A DNA stretch of 64,000 nt from an uncultured Verrucomicrobiae bacterium (GCA_963812605.1 CAWEWF010000002.1:96001-160000); one strand, 5' to 3'. Shown: positions 10,655-21,273, counted from the stretch's first letter. Notes: generated by a model from the sequence alone, not told the origin. Numbers and translations are program-made.

Positions 10655-13431
10655 GAATGCAGCAACTTCGTAGTAATACGTCGTTGACGGGTCCAGACCT
10701 GTGTCCGTGTAGGTGGTCACGTTCGCACCCACGCTGCCAACGACACTCCACGGCCCGCCAGCCGATGTCGCCCGCGAGATTTGAAATCCGGTTTCGTTGT
10801 TCGAGTTATTCTGCCAGTCGAGTGTGATGTATGTGGGTGTCACAACCGTCGTAGCCAGATTGGAGGGCGCCGCGGGATTTCCGGGCGCTGACGCAACGGT
10901 TGTCGCACAGGTTTCGGGACTCGCCGATGAGTTGTTTCCCGCGTTATCGAAAGCGACAATCGTGTAGCAATATGACGTGCCGGCCGCCAAACCGCTGTCG
11001 GTGTAGCTGGTCGCCGTCGTCGTCGTCACCAAGGCGCCGTTACGGTAGACTTGGTAACCCGCCAGACCCGAACCGCCGGAATCGGTCGAGGCATGCCAGC
11101 TCACACTGACTTGGGACGTTGAAGTGGCTGTCGCGATGATCCCGCTTGGGATGGAGGGCGCGATCGTGTCGGCAAGCGCCGGGGTGGTGGCACTGGTGAC
11201 GCTCGAGAAGGCGGAATTGCCGGAGGCATTGTAGGCGCAGACCCGATAAAAATAGGTCGTTGCGGCGGTAAGTCCTGTGTGAGCGCAGGACGTCACGTTG
11301 GCGCCCACGATGCCGATTTGCGTCCAAGGGCCGTTGGAACTATTGGCGCGTTGGACAATAAATCCGCTTTCGTTGTTGGAATTATCGTTCCAGGTGAGGT
11401 TGATCTGGCTCGAAGAAGCGGCGAGGGCCACCAGCCCAGAGGGCGCCGCGGGGACTGTCCCGAGTGTGGCCGCACATGCCTGGCTACTTGGGGCCGAGAT
11501 GTTCCCCGCGTTGTCGGATGCGGAAACAGTAAAACAATACGACGTGATCGGCGAAAGTCCCGTCGCCGTGTAGCTCGCTGTCGTCACGGTGGCCACATGT
11601 GTACCGTTGCAATACACCTGATAGCCGGCTCACGCCGGAACCGCCGATATCCGTCGACGCAACCCAACTCAGGTTCACTTGATTGCTGGAAAAGGCCGTC
11701 GCAGTCAATCCGGACGGGATCGTGGGAGCAACGGTGTCCGCCTCTGACAGAGTGGCGCCTTTCGCGACATTTGAATAGGGCGAATTCCCTACGGTATTGT
11801 AAGCGTGAACGCGGAAGTAGTAGGTGCTTAGCCCGCTGAGCCCTGACTGCGTGTAAGTGGTTACATTCGACCCTACGGTGGCGATTGCCGTCCATGGGCC
11901 GATTGCGGCGGGCGCAGTTTCGACAACGAACCCGGCTTCATTATTGGAGTTGTTCTTCCAACTCAAACTGATTTGTGTGTCGGAAGTCCCGGCTGCCACC
12001 AGCGTGGTCGGTGCCAGGGGTGATGCGGCCAGCGTTGTGGCGCAAGCCTGGCCGCTTGGGGCGGACACGTTGTCCGCATTGTCATAGGCGGCCACTGTCA
12101 CGCAGTATTGCGCGCTGGCCGTCAGATTCGTCCAAGAGTAGCTGGTGGCGGTCGTCGTGGCAAACTGGACGCCGTTCGTATAGAGGCGGTAGCCACCCAT
12201 GCCGGACCCGCCCGTGTCGGTGGACGCGCTCCAGGAAATATTGATTTGGTCCGAAGCGGGCGCCACGGTGGTGAGTCCACCCGGTACAGACGGCGGGATG
12301 TTATCCGTCTTGACCGAGGTCTTTTTGCTCGCGTTGTTCGAATAGCCCGAGTACCCCTTTTTGTTGTAGGCGCGGAGACGATAATAATACATCGTCGAGC
12401 CGGACAACCCCGTGTCCGCATACGTCGTTGTCGAATTGGTCACACCGACAGGGGTCCATGGCCCGGTGGGTGTCGGGCTCCGCTCAACCTTGACGCCGGC
12501 GGCGCCTGGTGTGGTGTAGGACCAGACCAGGTCCACCGTATTGAAAGTGTTCGTCGGGGCGGTGAGATTCGCTGGAGCCGCCAGTTGAGGCCCTTTGTTT
12601 TTTGGCACACCGTAATTATAGAGAAGCACGCTATTCGTCTGGTTGCAGCTGCTGGCCGTGACCTGAAGTATGTCGGCATCCGGGCCCATGGTCACGCAAA
12701 AATCAGTCGCGCTCGTCATGTCGGGAGTTCCCATGACCGGCACATCCGTCGGATCACCGCCCACACGATTAACCGACACATTCACGGACCCACACGAAGG
12801 ATCGCTGGGAGGATTCAGGACGTTCACGTGAAAGCAAACCGTATCGCCCGCATAATGCAATACCATCGTACTGGATTCTGACTTCGCTGACCAGGACCAG
12901 CGGATCGGAGAACGGGAGAGTCGGCACAAGCTCCTTCAGTTGCTGGCCCATGATTACCGCTTTCAACATCCCTTTCAGGGCCGCCGAGTCCGTGACGCCG
13001 GAATTGTCCACCTCAGACTTCGTCTTTAGAAGCTGGGCTTGGAAGCGGAAAACTTCTTTTTGGAACGTCCTCCCCCTGTTCCCCAGTCCGACGGTCATCT
13101 CGGGCGACTGTACCGCTGCCACGAGGCTGTCAGCCAGAGCGAGGGTCAAACCGAGCTGCGTTGACCCGATGGTCCGGCTCGATTGCGCCACGCTCACTGA
13201 CGCTTCCGTCAGACTGTCCAACAGCGGGCATAATTGCGCTTCAATCTCCCCGGCCCCATTGGTGACGGTGTCCGCGCGGACCACTACGGCCGCCAATATA
13301 TTGAGAACGATCAGAAGTGAAAGCAAACCGCGGTGATGAAAACAGCTTCTCAGAAACGACGTTCTGACGCTCGCATCGACAGCCACAGCAACTTTCGACA
13401 ACCCTTGAAAACGAACTCTTGTTCCCTGCAT
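10649..13431 (-). CDS. Secreted fibronectin type III repeat protein, split by two frameshifts (~12875, ~11628)
   Basis: ORFs 12769-13530, 11484-12929 and 10649-11617 join into one protein: hydrophobic signal, helical region, about 7 FN3 units (APxNL..LxW..YxDTGL..TxYYYRV). Confidence 0.75.
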
Positions 13432-13436
13432 CACAA

Positions 13437-13472
13437 ATTCCCTGATTGATTCCCTGATTGATTCCCTGAACT
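13437..13472. repeat. 12-bp tandem repeat x3 just upstream of the FN3 gene start
   Basis: attccctgattg attccctgattg attccctgaact. Confidence 0.85.
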
Positions 13473-13823
13473 CGCAGATGGGACAAACGCAAGCGGTGTG
13501 CCAGCACCCTGCCGGCGCCGGGCGATTCACTCAATTCGGCGTGGAATTCGCGGAGGATAGTACCCATTTTCAGGTAATTTTTCGCAAACACAGTCTACCT
13601 GTATTCCAGTAATTTACTGGCTTGCAAGGCAATACAACTTTGCGGCTCATATTCTCGCATTCGTCAGTGCTGCTACTTTTTTTGAGGATCATTCCTTGGG
13701 AAAACTTGCAAACGCTCTCACGCGCGACAATCGAACGCAAAACCGGTGGCAACTTTCTTTCCACCCCTGAAAACTTTCGCGGCATCTTGCCGGCGAGAAC
13801 CGACGAGGGTCGTCGCCCCACCC

Positions 13824-13852
13824 TTGCCAAACGCAATCGCTTCCACTATCCT
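13824..13852 (+). promoter_or_regulatory. Putative sigma70 promoter of kdsD-efp
   Basis: TTGCCA-17 nt-TATCCT, ATG at 13870. Confidence 0.55.
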
Positions 13853-13869
13853 GTGCGTTCCGTGCTCCC

Positions 13870-14841
13870 ATGAGTTACGTCAAGCTTGCAAAAACTGTCT
13901 TCGACATTGAAATCGACGGCCTGCGCCGCACGCGCGCCCGTCTCGACCAGAGCTTCTCCCGGGCCGTCGAGGCCATCGTGAAGTGCCTCCGCAACCGCGG
14001 CAAAGTGATCGTGACCGGGGTCGGCAAGTCCGGCAACATTGGCCACAAGATCGCCGCCACGCTCACCAGCACCGGCGCCGCCAGCGTGCTCCTGAACTCC
14101 GTGGACGCCCTGCATGGCGACCTCGGCATCATCAATGACGGGGATTGCGTCCTGGCCCTCAGCTATTCGGGCGAAACCGAGGAGCTGAGCCGCATTCTGC
14201 CGGCGATCAAGCGCTTTGACGTGACAATCATCTCCATGACCGCGCACGCCAAATCCAGTCTCGCGCGCCATAGCGACATCGTGCTGAATGTGTACGTGCG
14301 CAAGGAAGCCTGCCCGTTCAACCTCGCCCCGACCTCCAGCACCACGGCCATGCTCGCCCTGGGCGACGCCCTCGCCATGTGCGTGCTGAACGCCCGCGGT
14401 TTCAAGAAGTCCGACTACGCCCGCTTGCACCCAGCCGGGGCCATCGGGCGCACGATGCTGGTGCAGATCAAGGACATTATGCGGACGGGCAATCGCAACG
14501 CCGTCATCGCGGATTACCGCAGCGTAAAGGACGCACTACTCGCGATGACCAAGGCGAAGTCGGGTACGATCAGCGTCGTGGACAAGCAGGGGCGCGTCGC
14601 CGGGGTTTTCACAGACGGAGATTTTCGCCGCCACATCGCCCGCGACCCCGCGGTGCTCCAGGTGCCGATCCACCGAGTGATGACGCCGAACCCGGTCACG
14701 ATCCGCCAGGACGCGCTGGCTATGGAAGCCCTGAAGATTTTCGAGCAGCGGCAAATCGACGATCTAATTGTTGTCGATGGAAAAAAGCACCCCGTGGGCA
14801 TCGTCGATTCGCAGGACCTGCCGAAATTTAAACTACTGTAA
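13870..14841 (+). CDS. kdsD: KpsF/GutQ family arabinose-5-phosphate isomerase (SIS + 2 CBS)
   Basis: GVGKSGNIGHKIAATLTSTG, HGDLG, SYSGETEE, EACPFNLAPTSST, HPAGAIG, CBS pair. Confidence 0.93.
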   Translation: MSYVKLAKTVFDIEIDGLRRTRARLDQSFSRAVEAIVKCLRNRGKVIVTGVGKSGNIGHKIAATLTSTGAASVLLNSVDALHGDLGIINDGDCVLALSYSGETEELSRILPAIKRFDVTIISMTAHAKSSLARHSDIVLNVYVRKEACPFNLAPTSSTTAMLALGDALAMCVLNARGFKKSDYARLHPAGAIGRTMLVQIKDIMRTGNRNAVIADYRSVKDALLAMTKAKSGTISVVDKQGRVAGVFTDGDFRRHIARDPAVLQVPIHRVMTPNPVTIRQDALAMEALKIFEQRQIDDLIVVDGKKHPVGIVDSQDLPKFKLL

Positions 14842-14859
14842 CCGAGAGGACACACCACC

Positions 14860-15417
14860 ATGCCGTCAGCCAACGATCTCCGAAAAGGAATGGCCGTCAA
14901 GTACAACAACGACATTTGCGTCGTGCTGGACATGCAACACCGCACGCCGGGCAACCTGCGCGCGTTCGTCCAGGCCACCTTGCGCAGCCTGAAAACGGGC
15001 AAGTCCTCCACCGTCCGCTTTACCTCCACCGAGTCAATCGTCGTGGTTTCCAAAAACACCAGGCCCGTGGACTTCAGTTACAAGGATCAGGCCGGCTATC
15101 ATTTCATGGACCCGGAAACGTACGAGACCATCACACTTAATGATGAATTCATCGGTGACTCCAAGAACTACCTCACGGAAAATCTGCGCTGCACCCTGAC
15201 CGAAGTCGAAGGCAAGATTGCCGAGCTCGAACTCCCGCCCGCCGTCGATCTCAAAGTCCTCGAAGCCCCGCCCGGCATCCGCGGCGACACCGCCACCAAC
15301 GTCACCAAACCCGCCAAGGTCGAAACCGGCATCGAAGTCGCCGTCCCCATCTTCATCAACCCCGGCGACAGCATCCGCGTCGACACCCGTACCGGCAAGT
15401 ACTTGAACCGGGTGTAA
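14860..15417 (+). CDS. efp: Elongation factor P
   Basis: ANDLRKG, HRTPGNLRAFV, FMDPETYE, KPAKVETG..VPIFINPGD..VDTRTGKYLNRV. Confidence 0.97.
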   Translation: MPSANDLRKGMAVKYNNDICVVLDMQHRTPGNLRAFVQATLRSLKTGKSSTVRFTSTESIVVVSKNTRPVDFSYKDQAGYHFMDPETYETITLNDEFIGDSKNYLTENLRCTLTEVEGKIAELELPPAVDLKVLEAPPGIRGDTATNVTKPAKVETGIEVAVPIFINPGDSIRVDTRTGKYLNRV

Positions 15418-15442
15418 GCCGCATAGATTTCATGCGCGCTAT

Positions 15443-15843
15443 ATGTATGTTTTTACAGCCGTCCTCCTTGCCACCGCCAGTGGCTGCGTTCACTATCATC
15501 CTGCCCCGACAGATACGACTAATGTTTCACACGATAATCTGCATCGGCTTGTAGGACAAACAATCACGCTACGCGGAAATTTTTCATTGCGCGGCAAGTT
15601 CGGCCCATACATTCTTGTTAACAGCGGGCCGGTCTACCTTCAACCAACAGGTTCATTTACTTGGGGTCGGTCGTGGGCAGATATGGAGGGTAGGATGGTC
15701 AAAGTGACAGGCGTACTTCACTTTTCTCCGCTTGATGCTCAACGGAGCGGAGGCCACACTGTGGCTGGTTCTATGCCGAACAGGAGTTGGTCAACCTCCT
15801 CGACGACTTCGCCACAAGAAAGGGGCTCCGGCAAAACCCGTAA
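15443..15843 (+). pseudogene. Lipoprotein-like ORF fragment joined to an unrelated fragment
   Basis: Lipobox-like LATASGC and an OB-like segment (LVGQTITLRG..MEGRMVKVTGVLHF); after ~15730 a different frame reads protein-like (GWFYAEQELVNLLDDFATRKGLRQNP*). Confidence 0.4.
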
Positions 15844-16141
15844 CCCCCTTTCTCGGACTGACCTTTTAGTCAATTCTTCTTGCCGTGCAGCACCGCTTCA
15901 AGGCATTCTGATGATAACCGTGTTTGGCAGCATAGAAGCCGTCTTGGAAAACCAATTATCTACAACCACCACGACACAGCGTGCCACCAGACGCTGCTAC
16001 AGTCCCTGACGCTTGCCGAATCTGCCGACTGTTCCTTTTGCGCATTGCGCACTTACTCCTTACGCTCTGAAACCTGCTACCCTAGCGTACAAAATAGACC
16101 GCCTCCCGCTATTGTCAATCAGTAGGATAAACGCCAACATC

Positions 16142-16169
16142 AAAGCGGCGACAAGTCGCCGCACTCCAA
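16142..16169 (-). repeat. GGAG-type REP palindrome right after the xerC stop
   Basis: Minus strand ttGGAGt-GCGGCGAC-tt-GTCGCCGC-ttt: tetranucleotide plus 8-bp stem. Confidence 0.7.
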
Positions 16170-16171
16170 AA

Positions 16172-17065
16172 CTAGGCCCGCGGATGCGCCTTCTCGTAGA
16201 CCTTCTTCAAGCGCTCGGGCGTGATGTGCGTGTAGATTTGCGTGGTGGAAAGATTGGCGTGGCCCAGAAGTTCCTGCACGCTGCGTAAATCGGCGCCGGC
16301 ATCGAGCATGTGCGTCGCGAAACTGTGACGGAGCTTGTGCGGTGTCAGCGATGGGTCGAGCCCGGCGGCAAGCAGATACTTCTTTAGCATGCGCTGCATA
16401 CTACGCGCCGTCATGCGTCCTCCGAATCGATTCACAAATAGCGGCCCGCGCGCGCTGCGCGCGCGCACTTCGAGGTATTTCTGCAGGGTTTCAATAGCCG
16501 GCCCGCCGAGCGCGGCCAATCGCTCCTTCTTGCCCTTGCCGCGAACGCGAACAACTTCGCCGAGCACATCCATGTCATCATCGTTGAGCTGGACGAGTTC
16601 GTGAATGCGCAGCCCCGCGCTGTACAACGTTTCCAGAATCGCCTTGTCACGCCACGCGGCCAGCTTGTTTTTCGCGTTTTCCTTCAATGGCGCTTCGAGC
16701 AGCGCCTCCACCTGCTGGATCGTCAGGAATTTCGGGAGTTTCCGCGCCTTTTTCGGAAGGGTCAGTCCCACCAAGGGATTCAGTTTCACGCGCTCGGTGC
16801 GCACAAGCCATTTGAAGAAACTGCGGAGCGCGGACATCTTGAGATGGATTGTGGCGCGATCGAATTGGCGCTCCGTGAGGTGGACCAGATAGCCGCGCAA
16901 ATGGAACGAATCAACCGGCACCCACGCGCACGATTGTTTGTACTTCCCCTCGAACCACGCGGCAAATGCCGCGATGTCGGCGGAGTAATTGCGGATGGTC
17001 AGCGGAGAAGCGTCGCGTTCGGCCCGCAGGTAATCGAGAAACCCGTCAACCAGCGAGTCCGTTAC
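16172..17065 (-). CDS. xerC: Tyrosine recombinase XerC (start uncertain)
   Basis: RDKAILETLYSAGLRIHEL, GKGKKER, PHKLRHSFATHMLDAGADLRSVQELLGHANLSTTQIYTH; downstream of topA. Confidence 0.9.
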   Translation of the reverse strand, partial: VTDSLVDGFLDYLRAERDASPLTIRNYSADIAAFAAWFEGKYKQSCAWVPVDSFHLRGYLVHLTERQFDRATIHLKMSALRSFFKWLVRTERVKLNPLVGLTLPKKARKLPKFLTIQQVEALLEAPLKENAKNKLAAWRDKAILETLYSAGLRIHELVQLNDDDMDVLGEVVRVRGKGKKERLAALGGPAIETLQKYLEVRARSARGPLFVNRFGGRMTARSMQRMLKKYLLAAGLDPSLTPHKLRHSFATHMLDAGADLRSVQELLGHANLSTTQIYTHITPERLKKVYEKAHPRA

Positions 17066-19491
17066 GCCTCTGCCGGCGCCAGTTTTTTGATGTTCTTGCA
17101 CTTCGGATAGGCCGAACAGCCGAGGAATTCGCCGAAACGACCGCGCCGCTTCGCCATGGGCGCGCCGCACTTCTCGCACTTCTCGTCGGTCAGCACGGGT
17201 TCTTCCTTGGGCGGGGGCGGGGGCGCTTTGTCTTTCAATTCATCGGGCAGCGTTTTGGCGTTGCGACATTTCGGATAGCCGGAACAAGCCAGGAATGGTC
17301 CGCGGCGGCTGTTGCGGATCAACATAGGCAAGCCGCACTTCTCACATTTCACATCGGTCGTCACCGGCGCGGGCTTCTCGATGACCGTGATCTTGCCCGC
17401 GGCATCGCGCGTGAACGATTTCGCGTTCTTGCATTCGGGATAGCCCGAGCAGGCGAGAAACTCGCCCCGTTTTCCCGCTTTGATGACCATCGGCGAACCG
17501 CATTTCTCGCACTTGATGCCTGTCTCTTCCTTTTCCACGATCTGAATGCTCCCATCTTCGCCGCGTTTGAAGTTCTTCGTGTTCTTGCATTTCGGGTACG
17601 CCGAACAGGCAATGAATTCGCCGTTCTTGCCAGGACGGGTCACCAACATTTCGCCGCAAAGCTCGCACTTGATGCCGATCGGAACGGGTTTCGGCCGCAC
17701 ATCTTCCATGTTCTCGCTCGCGGCCTTCAGGGTCGGCTCGAAATCCTTGTAGAATTCGCCGAGCATCTCTTGCCACCCGACCTTGCCCTCTTCAATCTCG
17801 TCGAGCAACTCCTCCATATGCGCCGTGAACTGCACATCGAGCAATTTCGTGAAATGCTTCACCAGCACGTCGGTCGTGATTTCGCCGAGTTGCGTCGGCG
17901 CCAGGCGGCCCTTCTCCTTGCTGACGTAATGCCGCTTCTGGACCGTGGCAATCGTCGGCGCATAGGTGCTCGGGCGTCCAATCCCGAGTTCTTCCAGCGC
18001 TTTGACCAATGTCGCCTCGCTGAAACGCGGCGGCGGCTCGGTAAAATGTTGCGCGGGGAGGAGCTTGACCAAATGCAGCCGCTCGCTCTCACTCAACGGC
18101 GGCAGCTTCTTGTTCTCTTCTTCCTCCGACGGTTTCTCCGGCTCCGCCTTCTTCTCAGCCTCTTCCTCGACTCCGTAAATCTTCAGCCAGCCCGCGAACA
18201 CCACCTCGGTCGCCGTCGCGCGAAACAGGAAGTACTTCGGATCGTGTCGCGCATCGATATCAATGCTGGTCACCTTCATCTCCGCGGGTGTCATCTGGCT
18301 GGCGACAAACCGGTCCCAAATCAATTTATAGAGGCGAAACTGGTCGTGATCGAGATACATCCGCAGGCTCTCCGGCGTCCGCCGCGCTGACGAGGGACGA
18401 ACCGCCTCGTGTGCGCCTTGGGCATCCTTCTTTGACTTGTAGAGGTTTGGCGTCGCCGGCGCATAGTCGGGGCCGATGGTTTCTCGGATAAACGCCAGCG
18501 CTTCGTCCTGCGCTTCTTTCGAAATGTTGAAGGAGTCGGTACGCATGTAGGTGATCAAACCGACCGCGCCCTCCGCGCCGATCTCCACGCCTTCGTACAG
18601 CTGCTGGGCCACAATCATCGTCTTGGTGGTACCCATGCCGAGGGCCTTCGACGCGGACTGTTGCAACGTGCTCGTCGTGAACGGCGGCGCCGCGCTGCGC
18701 TTCTTCGATTTGATGTCGATTTTGGCGACCTTGTACTCACACTGCTTTAGATCGGTCAGGATGGCGTCCGCCTGTTCCTTGCCATCAATGATCATGACAT
18801 CAGCCTTGGCCTCGCCGTTGGGCGACCGGACCTTCTTGTCACCCACCTGGATCAAGCGCGCCAGGAAATGGTCCTTCGGGTCCACGAGCTTCCGCAGTTC
18901 GGCCTCAACCGACCAATACTCCTGGGGCTTGAACGCGCGGATCTCCCGCTCGCGCTCCACCACCAGCCGCACCGCGACGGATTGTACGCGCCCGGCGCTC
19001 AAGCCGCGCGCAACACGCTTGTTCAAAAGAGGCGAAATCTTGTAACCCACGATGCGATCCAGGATGCGCCGCGCCTGCTGGGAATCGACCAGCTTCATGT
19101 CCACCTGACCGGGATGATCGAAGGCGGCGCGCACGGCGTTCTTGGTGATTTCGTTGAACTGGACGCGGAAGAACGTGGGGCCGTTCTTCTTGCTCTTCAG
19201 GATTTCCCACAAATGCCAGGCAATCGCCTCGCCTTCACGATCAGGGTCGGTCGCCAGGTAAACGTGCTCCGCACCCTCCGCGGTCTTCTGCAGTTCGGTG
19301 ACCAGCGCCTTCCGCTTGGCGGAAACCTGGTACGTGGGCTTGAAATCCTTCTCGATCTCGACGCCGAATTTGCGTTCGGGCAAATCGCGGACATGGCCCA
19401 TGGAGGCCTTCACGCTGAAGTCCGACCCCAAATACTTGTTGATCGTCTTCGCCTTCGCGGGTGATTCAACGATGACCAGTTTTTTTGCCAT
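17062..19491 (-). CDS. topA: DNA topoisomerase I with four C-terminal zinc ribbons
   Basis: MAKKLVIVESPAKAKTI, ATDPDREGEAI, SAGRVQS, ITYMRTDS, GIGRPSTYA; 4x CxxC..CSxYPxC. Confidence 0.97.
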   Translation of the reverse strand: MAKKLVIVESPAKAKTINKYLGSDFSVKASMGHVRDLPERKFGVEIEKDFKPTYQVSAKRKALVTELQKTAEGAEHVYLATDPDREGEAIAWHLWEILKSKKNGPTFFRVQFNEITKNAVRAAFDHPGQVDMKLVDSQQARRILDRIVGYKISPLLNKRVARGLSAGRVQSVAVRLVVEREREIRAFKPQEYWSVEAELRKLVDPKDHFLARLIQVGDKKVRSPNGEAKADVMIIDGKEQADAILTDLKQCEYKVAKIDIKSKKRSAAPPFTTSTLQQSASKALGMGTTKTMIVAQQLYEGVEIGAEGAVGLITYMRTDSFNISKEAQDEALAFIRETIGPDYAPATPNLYKSKKDAQGAHEAVRPSSARRTPESLRMYLDHDQFRLYKLIWDRFVASQMTPAEMKVTSIDIDARHDPKYFLFRATATEVVFAGWLKIYGVEEEAEKKAEPEKPSEEEENKKLPPLSESERLHLVKLLPAQHFTEPPPRFSEATLVKALEELGIGRPSTYAPTIATVQKRHYVSKEKGRLAPTQLGEITTDVLVKHFTKLLDVQFTAHMEELLDEIEEGKVGWQEMLGEFYKDFEPTLKAASENMEDVRPKPVPIGIKCELCGEMLVTRPGKNGEFIACSAYPKCKNTKNFKRGEDGSIQIVEKEETGIKCEKCGSPMVIKAGKRGEFLACSGYPECKNAKSFTRDAAGKITVIEKPAPVTTDVKCEKCGLPMLIRNSRRGPFLACSGYPKCRNAKTLPDELKDKAPPPPPKEEPVLTDEKCEKCGAPMAKRRGRFGEFLGCSAYPKCKNIKKLAPAEA

Positions 19492-19502
19492 GCTTTTTTT
19501 TC

Positions 19503-20633
19503 TTACGGCCCGAAGGCCGCGCTGCGCACGTACTGCTTGCCGGGAAGCTGGCGGACGAGCCGTTTCATCTCCAGCGCCAACAACGTGGCGGAAACACACG
19601 CCGTTGTCAAACCGCTGGCCCGAATGATCTCGTCAATGGCAACCTCCTCGTTGCCGATCTGCGCCATCACTTTCTCCTCTGTCTCACTCAGTTGCAAAGC
19701 AGGTTTGATACCCCCACCCTCCACGCCAGCTTTCGCGGACTCCGTGGCCGTTTTCGGTAGCAGGTACTCAAATTCACCGAGGATATCCTCCACATCCTCG
19801 GTCAATTTTGCGCCGTCCTTGATCAATTTGTTCGCCCCCCTGGACAAAATTGAATCCGCCCGGCCCGGCACCGCAAACACCTGCCGCCCCTGTTCCCCCG
19901 CCTGATTCGCCGTAATCAATGCCCCGCTCTTCAAGTTTGCCTCCACCACTACGACGCCCAGCGACCAGCCGCTGATGATGCGGTTCCGCATCGGGAAATT
20001 CTGGCGGTCCGGCTGCACGCCGAACGGAAACTCCGTCACCACCGCCCCGCCCTTCTCCACAATCTCATCGGCCAGCTTCTTGTTCTCCGCGGGATAGACC
20101 ACGTCGATTCCACAACCGATTACGGCCACTGTCCGCCCCTTCGCTTGCAGCGCGCCATTATGCGCCGCAGTATCGATTCCGCGCGCCAGCCCGCTCACGA
20201 CCGTCACCCCGACCCGCGCCAACTGAAAGGCCAATTTCCGCGCCATTTCCTGCCCGTAAAGCGACGTGCGCCTCGACCCGACCACCGCAATCGCCAGCGC
20301 ATCGCGCTCCGTCAGCGCTCCCTTCACGTACAACACGAGCGGCGGGTCGTAAATCTCCCGCAAGTTCTTCGGGTATTCCGCGTCGTCCCGGCTGACGACG
20401 CGCACGCCGGACTTTTCAATCCGTTGCAACTCCGCCTCGAGATCCACTTTTTCCCGCCAACCGGTGATGCTCCGCGCGACTTCTTCGCCCACGCCCTCCA
20501 CCTGCATCAACTCGGTTTTCGACGCCGCCAGGATCGCCTGCGGCTCGCCAAATCGGTCCCGCAACGCGCGGACACGAATCGGCCCGACGCCATCGACCAT
20601 GTTGAGGGCAATGTATGCTTCGCGCGAAGTCAT
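19503..20633 (-). CDS. dprA: DNA-processing protein DprA
   Basis: IYDPPLVLYVKG, AVVGSR, VSGLARGIDTAAH, FPMRNRIISG, SGALITA, C-terminal winged helix. Confidence 0.96.
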   Translation of the reverse strand: MTSREAYIALNMVDGVGPIRVRALRDRFGEPQAILAASKTELMQVEGVGEEVARSITGWREKVDLEAELQRIEKSGVRVVSRDDAEYPKNLREIYDPPLVLYVKGALTERDALAIAVVGSRRTSLYGQEMARKLAFQLARVGVTVVSGLARGIDTAAHNGALQAKGRTVAVIGCGIDVVYPAENKKLADEIVEKGGAVVTEFPFGVQPDRQNFPMRNRIISGWSLGVVVVEANLKSGALITANQAGEQGRQVFAVPGRADSILSRGANKLIKDGAKLTEDVEDILGEFEYLLPKTATESAKAGVEGGGIKPALQLSETEEKVMAQIGNEEVAIDEIIRASGLTTACVSATLLALEMKRLVRQLPGKQYVRSAAFGP

Positions 20634-20667
20634 ACGCGCTTCCGCCACCCGAGAGACCGCGACCTGT

Positions 20668-21273
20668 TTACGACGCCGCCTTCCGGCCGCGCCGCTTCCA
20701 TCCGAACTCCAGTTGCGGTTCCTTCAGCAACTCATAGTTCTTCAATAACCGCAGGATCTGCAGCAAATCCGATTTTCGGTAATTGCGGTTGATGGCCACG
20801 CTCGCAACCAATTCCTGCAGAATCGACCGGAACGAGATCACGCCGTCGACTCCTTTCGACCGCAACACCTCGATGCTGCGCTGCCGTGTTTTCGCGTCGC
20901 GCGGCAATCCGGGCACGATCAGGATTTTTACCAAACCCTCGCTCCCGACCAGCCGCTGCGCCTCCTCGATGACCCGTTTCTCCACAAACCTAAAGATTTT
21001 CGGTTGGTTGGCCAGCACGCCCGGCGCGAACACTCCAGTGTGCCATCCTTTCACCGCGACAATCGCCCGCGACACTTGCGACAATGTCTTGGAAGTGATC
21101 TCGAACTCGGCCGGTGCGGCCTCTGGCGGGACGGCCGGATTCAGCACGATCAAGTCCACTTCTTCGTCGGCGCTTTTCTGTCGCGCCTGGACGATGTACT
21201 TGCGTCGCTGACAAACCAGGAAGCCGTGTAACTCAAAATACTCGCGGACAATGTTCTCATCAACGGCAGACAT
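20668..21273 (-). CDS. Hypothetical protein, probable PD-(D/E)xK nuclease fold
   Basis: E..VREYFELHGF, EEVDLIV, AIVAVKGWH pattern; overlaps the aroB stop. Confidence 0.55.
   Translation of the reverse strand: MSAVDENIVREYFELHGFLVCQRRKYIVQARQKSADEEVDLIVLNPAVPPEAAPAEFEITSKTLSQVSRAIVAVKGWHTGVFAPGVLANQPKIFRFVEKRVIEEAQRLVGSEGLVKILIVPGLPRDAKTRQRSIEVLRSKGVDGVISFRSILQELVASVAINRNYRKSDLLQILRLLKNYELLKEPQLEFGWKRRGRKAAS

Noticed and set aside
16448-16466. GCGCGCGC runs in xerC (also 1308-1320)
   Set aside because: Explained by Arg/Ala codons in a GC-rich genome.
16172-17065. Tyrosine recombinase as a prophage or island integrase
   Set aside because: XerC-like size and motifs in the usual dprA-topA-xerC context; no phage genes nearby.
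17062-17680. Repeated Cys-rich units at the topA C-terminus
   Set aside because: Standard TopA zinc ribbons; copy number variation is common.
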